Positions 61,901 through 64,000 of a stretch of DNA of 64,000 bases are shown piece by piece. The DNA lies in assembly GCA_963752595.1 (NCBI GenBank), contig CAVVYZ010000017.1, positions 64,001 through 128,000 on the forward strand, written 5' to 3'. Made by a program: the position numbers and the translations under genes. Under the pieces are notes generated by a model. That model was not told the origin of the DNA, searched no databases, and was given only the letters and a program-made list of their open reading frames with translations. The stretch comes from an uncultured delta proteobacterium (GTDB lineage Bacteria > Desulfobacterota > Desulfomonilia > UBA1062). Position 1 is the first letter of the stretch; every line of letters begins with the position of its first letter.

Positions 61901-63100
61901 GGCTCATCTCCTCAGTTCTTTTGGTGCTCGAAGATCTTTTCTTCAATGAAGAAGTCGCCCGTATCCGGGTCGAGTTCTTTCTGTTTTGGCTGATATGATG
62001 CGCAGGTTCGTACCGGTCTTCGCGTTCTTTAAGCCACTGGATGATTTTGGGAGCAAATTCCTTCTGCGTCTTACTGCTGACATAGATACCGATATGGCCG
62101 GTATCGAGGCATACATTTTCGGTGTCCTTGCTTCCCACCACACTGGTGATCTGTTCAGCAGCTCCGGGGGGCACAAGATGGTCGTACTGGCCATAAATAT
62201 TGAGAAGCGGCATGGTGATATTCTTCAGATCCACCCGCTTGCCGCCGACCACGAGCTTGTTCTGAATGAGCAGATTTCTCTGGTAGCAGTCCTTGACGAA
62301 CTGTCGGAAGGTCTCGCCCGGTACATCAGGGCTGTCGAAAATCCATTTTTCCATGCGGATAAAGTTTTCGACAAATGCCTTGTTGTCCATGTTCTCCATG
62401 AAACCCACGTATTTGTCGATCATCAGTCGTGCCGGATTGAGGAGCAGAAATCCGAAATTCATGAGGTCCCCGGGCATGTTCCCGAAGGTGTCGATCACCT
62501 GGTCCGGATCCATCGCATTTCATCCAGACATGCAGCAGGCCCTGGTCGGTGTCGAAATTGGTCGGGGTAGACCGTCGTGATAAGGTTCTTGATCTTGTTC
62601 GGGTGCAGTGCGGAATAGATGACGGAGAAGGTTCCTCCCATGCAGATGCCCATGAGATTGATCTTGCTCGACCTTTGCCGCTTCCGGATGAAGTTTACGA
62701 TATTGTCCATGTACCCATTGACATGATCGTCGATGGTAAGGAACTTGTCCTTTCGTGTAGGGTATCCCCAGTCAATCATATATAGATTGATGCCGTTTTC
62801 CTGAAAGCTCTTTACCACACTCCTCTCCGGCTGGAGATCGAGCATGGTTTCCCGGTTGATGAGGGCATAGACGACAAGGAGAGGCGTTTTGATGTCATCA
62901 GGGGATGTGCGGGTAGGAGAATAATACTTTAATTTAACACGATCTTCTTCATATATCGTCTCATACGGGGTGGTGGCAATTTCGGTGTTGAGGTTGCTCA
63001 GGAGTATATCAGAGGCCTTCTGAGCCCGCACATGGGCACTCTCTGCCTCCTCGGCAAGGTGCTTTATAATCATATCGACAGGAATTACCGGTTTATCCAT
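61833..63100 (-). CDS. phaC: Class III PHA synthase subunit PhaC, apparent frameshifts near 62515-62570; 3' end uncertain
   Basis: PLLVVYALINR, DLQPERS, DWGYP, GICMGG, FGNMPG, MEKWIFDSPD, DHLVPP, TGHIGIYVS. Confidence 0.92.
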
Positions 63101-63116
63101 GGTTTCTCCTTTGCTG

Positions 63117-64000
63117 CTATTCCTTCCCGTTCACCTTTTCAAGCTCCCTGACTTTCTTTTTCAGCAGGTACACCTCTTTGTAGAGGTCGTCCATTTCCTT
63201 GCTCGTTGGAATGGGATAGGTCTGGAGCATGTCCTGTATGATGTCGTTGCGGGCTCCAAGATAGTCCTCCAGCGCAGCCATCGTTTTACTAAAGGTTTTA
63301 TTGTACTCTGATGATTGAAAGAGGGTCATGAAGTGGCCTTCAAGTGTTTTCACCCACATCCGGTAATACTCTCTGGAATCCCCAGGGAGTTTCCCCGCTT
63401 TTGTGAGCACCTCAATTTTTTCGTGCATCATCTTGTTGGTTTTTTCAAACGGCATTTGGACCAGCTGAAGGAATTCGGCAAGGGAAGTTGCAAATAAGTT
63501 ATATTTATCCAGAGCTTGATTGATTTTCTCTTGATGGTATCTGTTCAAGCCAAGCTGGGGTATATTGAAGTAACGTCTGATTTCGCTCTTGTAAATGTTC
63601 GACCAGGTCTGGAGAGTTTCCTGGTCAAGATTGTCGAAGCTGTACGGCTCGGAGCGCGAACCCAGTTTCCCGACTTTCTCGAAGGCTTGCTTCTGAAGGG
63701 TAAGGAATGCATTCACCCCGGATTGGAGAAAGTTCGAGGTTATATCGGGCAGTACTGCAATTCCTCGAAATGCGGCATCCATAGCAGACGGTTCACCCAA
63801 TGCGGTGGATATGGCGGTGAATGATTTGAGGCCGGAGAGGAAAGCATCCTGCAAAGCGTGCCCGTTCTCTTTTTTTGGAGTGGTATTTCCTGTTGAGTTC
63901 TGACTGTTCTGTCCGGAGCCTGACTTTACCCAGAACTGATTTGCAGCCTTCAGCCATTCTGAGATCAATGTCTGCTGGTCAGGAATAGTTTGTTCTTTGT
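63117..64000 (-). CDS. phaE: Class III PHA synthase subunit PhaE (5' end probably outside the window)
   Basis: IPQLGLNRYHQE, YYRMWVKTLE, IPTSKEMDDLYKEVYLLKKKVRELE; immediately upstream of class III phaC. Confidence 0.88.
   Translation of the reverse strand, partial: KEQTIPDQQTLISEWLKAANQFWVKSGSGQNSQNSTGNTTPKKENGHALQDAFLSGLKSFTAISTALGEPSAMDAAFRGIAVLPDITSNFLQSGVNAFLTLQKQAFEKVGKLGSRSEPYSFDNLDQETLQTWSNIYKSEIRRYFNIPQLGLNRYHQEKINQALDKYNLFATSLAEFLQLVQMPFEKTNKMMHEKIEVLTKAGKLPGDSREYYRMWVKTLEGHFMTLFQSSEYNKTFSKTMAALEDYLGARNDIIQDMLQTYPIPTSKEMDDLYKEVYLLKKKVRELEKVNGKE

Overview
A 64-kb, roughly 50-55% GC chromosomal segment (GC judged by eye). Gene content (rubrerythrin, PerR/Fur, split MetH, class III PhaEC, PilZ, HDOD) points to an anaerobic deltaproteobacterium-like organism; this is inference. 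The left two-thirds is mostly housekeeping: the 3' part of gyrA, purQ/purL, a DksA/TraR protein, moeA, rho-rpmE-prfA-prmC-murA-hisD-cca, yggT/divIVA/yggU, smc, moaA and metH. It also holds a GGDEF-remnant/HDOD plus GAF-cyclase pair, one IS element with perfect 20-bp terminal inverted repeats, a fadA-fadB operon with a TetR/FadR-like operator, and a thiol-redox/peroxide island. The right 17 kb is the most interesting part. First, etfBA is divergent from an operon (histidine phosphatase, acyl-CoA dehydrogenase, TetR, APH-like kinase, SDR, 3-hydroxyacyl-CoA dehydrogenase) resembling the lva/ACAD10-11 hydroxyacyl-CoA phosphorylation route. Directly next to it is a large polyhydroxyalkanoate island: a PhaZ-like hydrolase, phaR, three paralogous small phasin-like proteins, an atypical second Cys-lipase-box protein with a coupled partner carrying a PhaE-like coiled-coil motif, phaJ, an output-less tandem-GAF protein, and class III phaC-phaE. 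Many genes, including core ones (rho, prfA, prmC, smc), are split by single-base indels. These most likely reflect long-read consensus errors rather than real pseudogenes, so split genes are reported at their reconstructed full extent.
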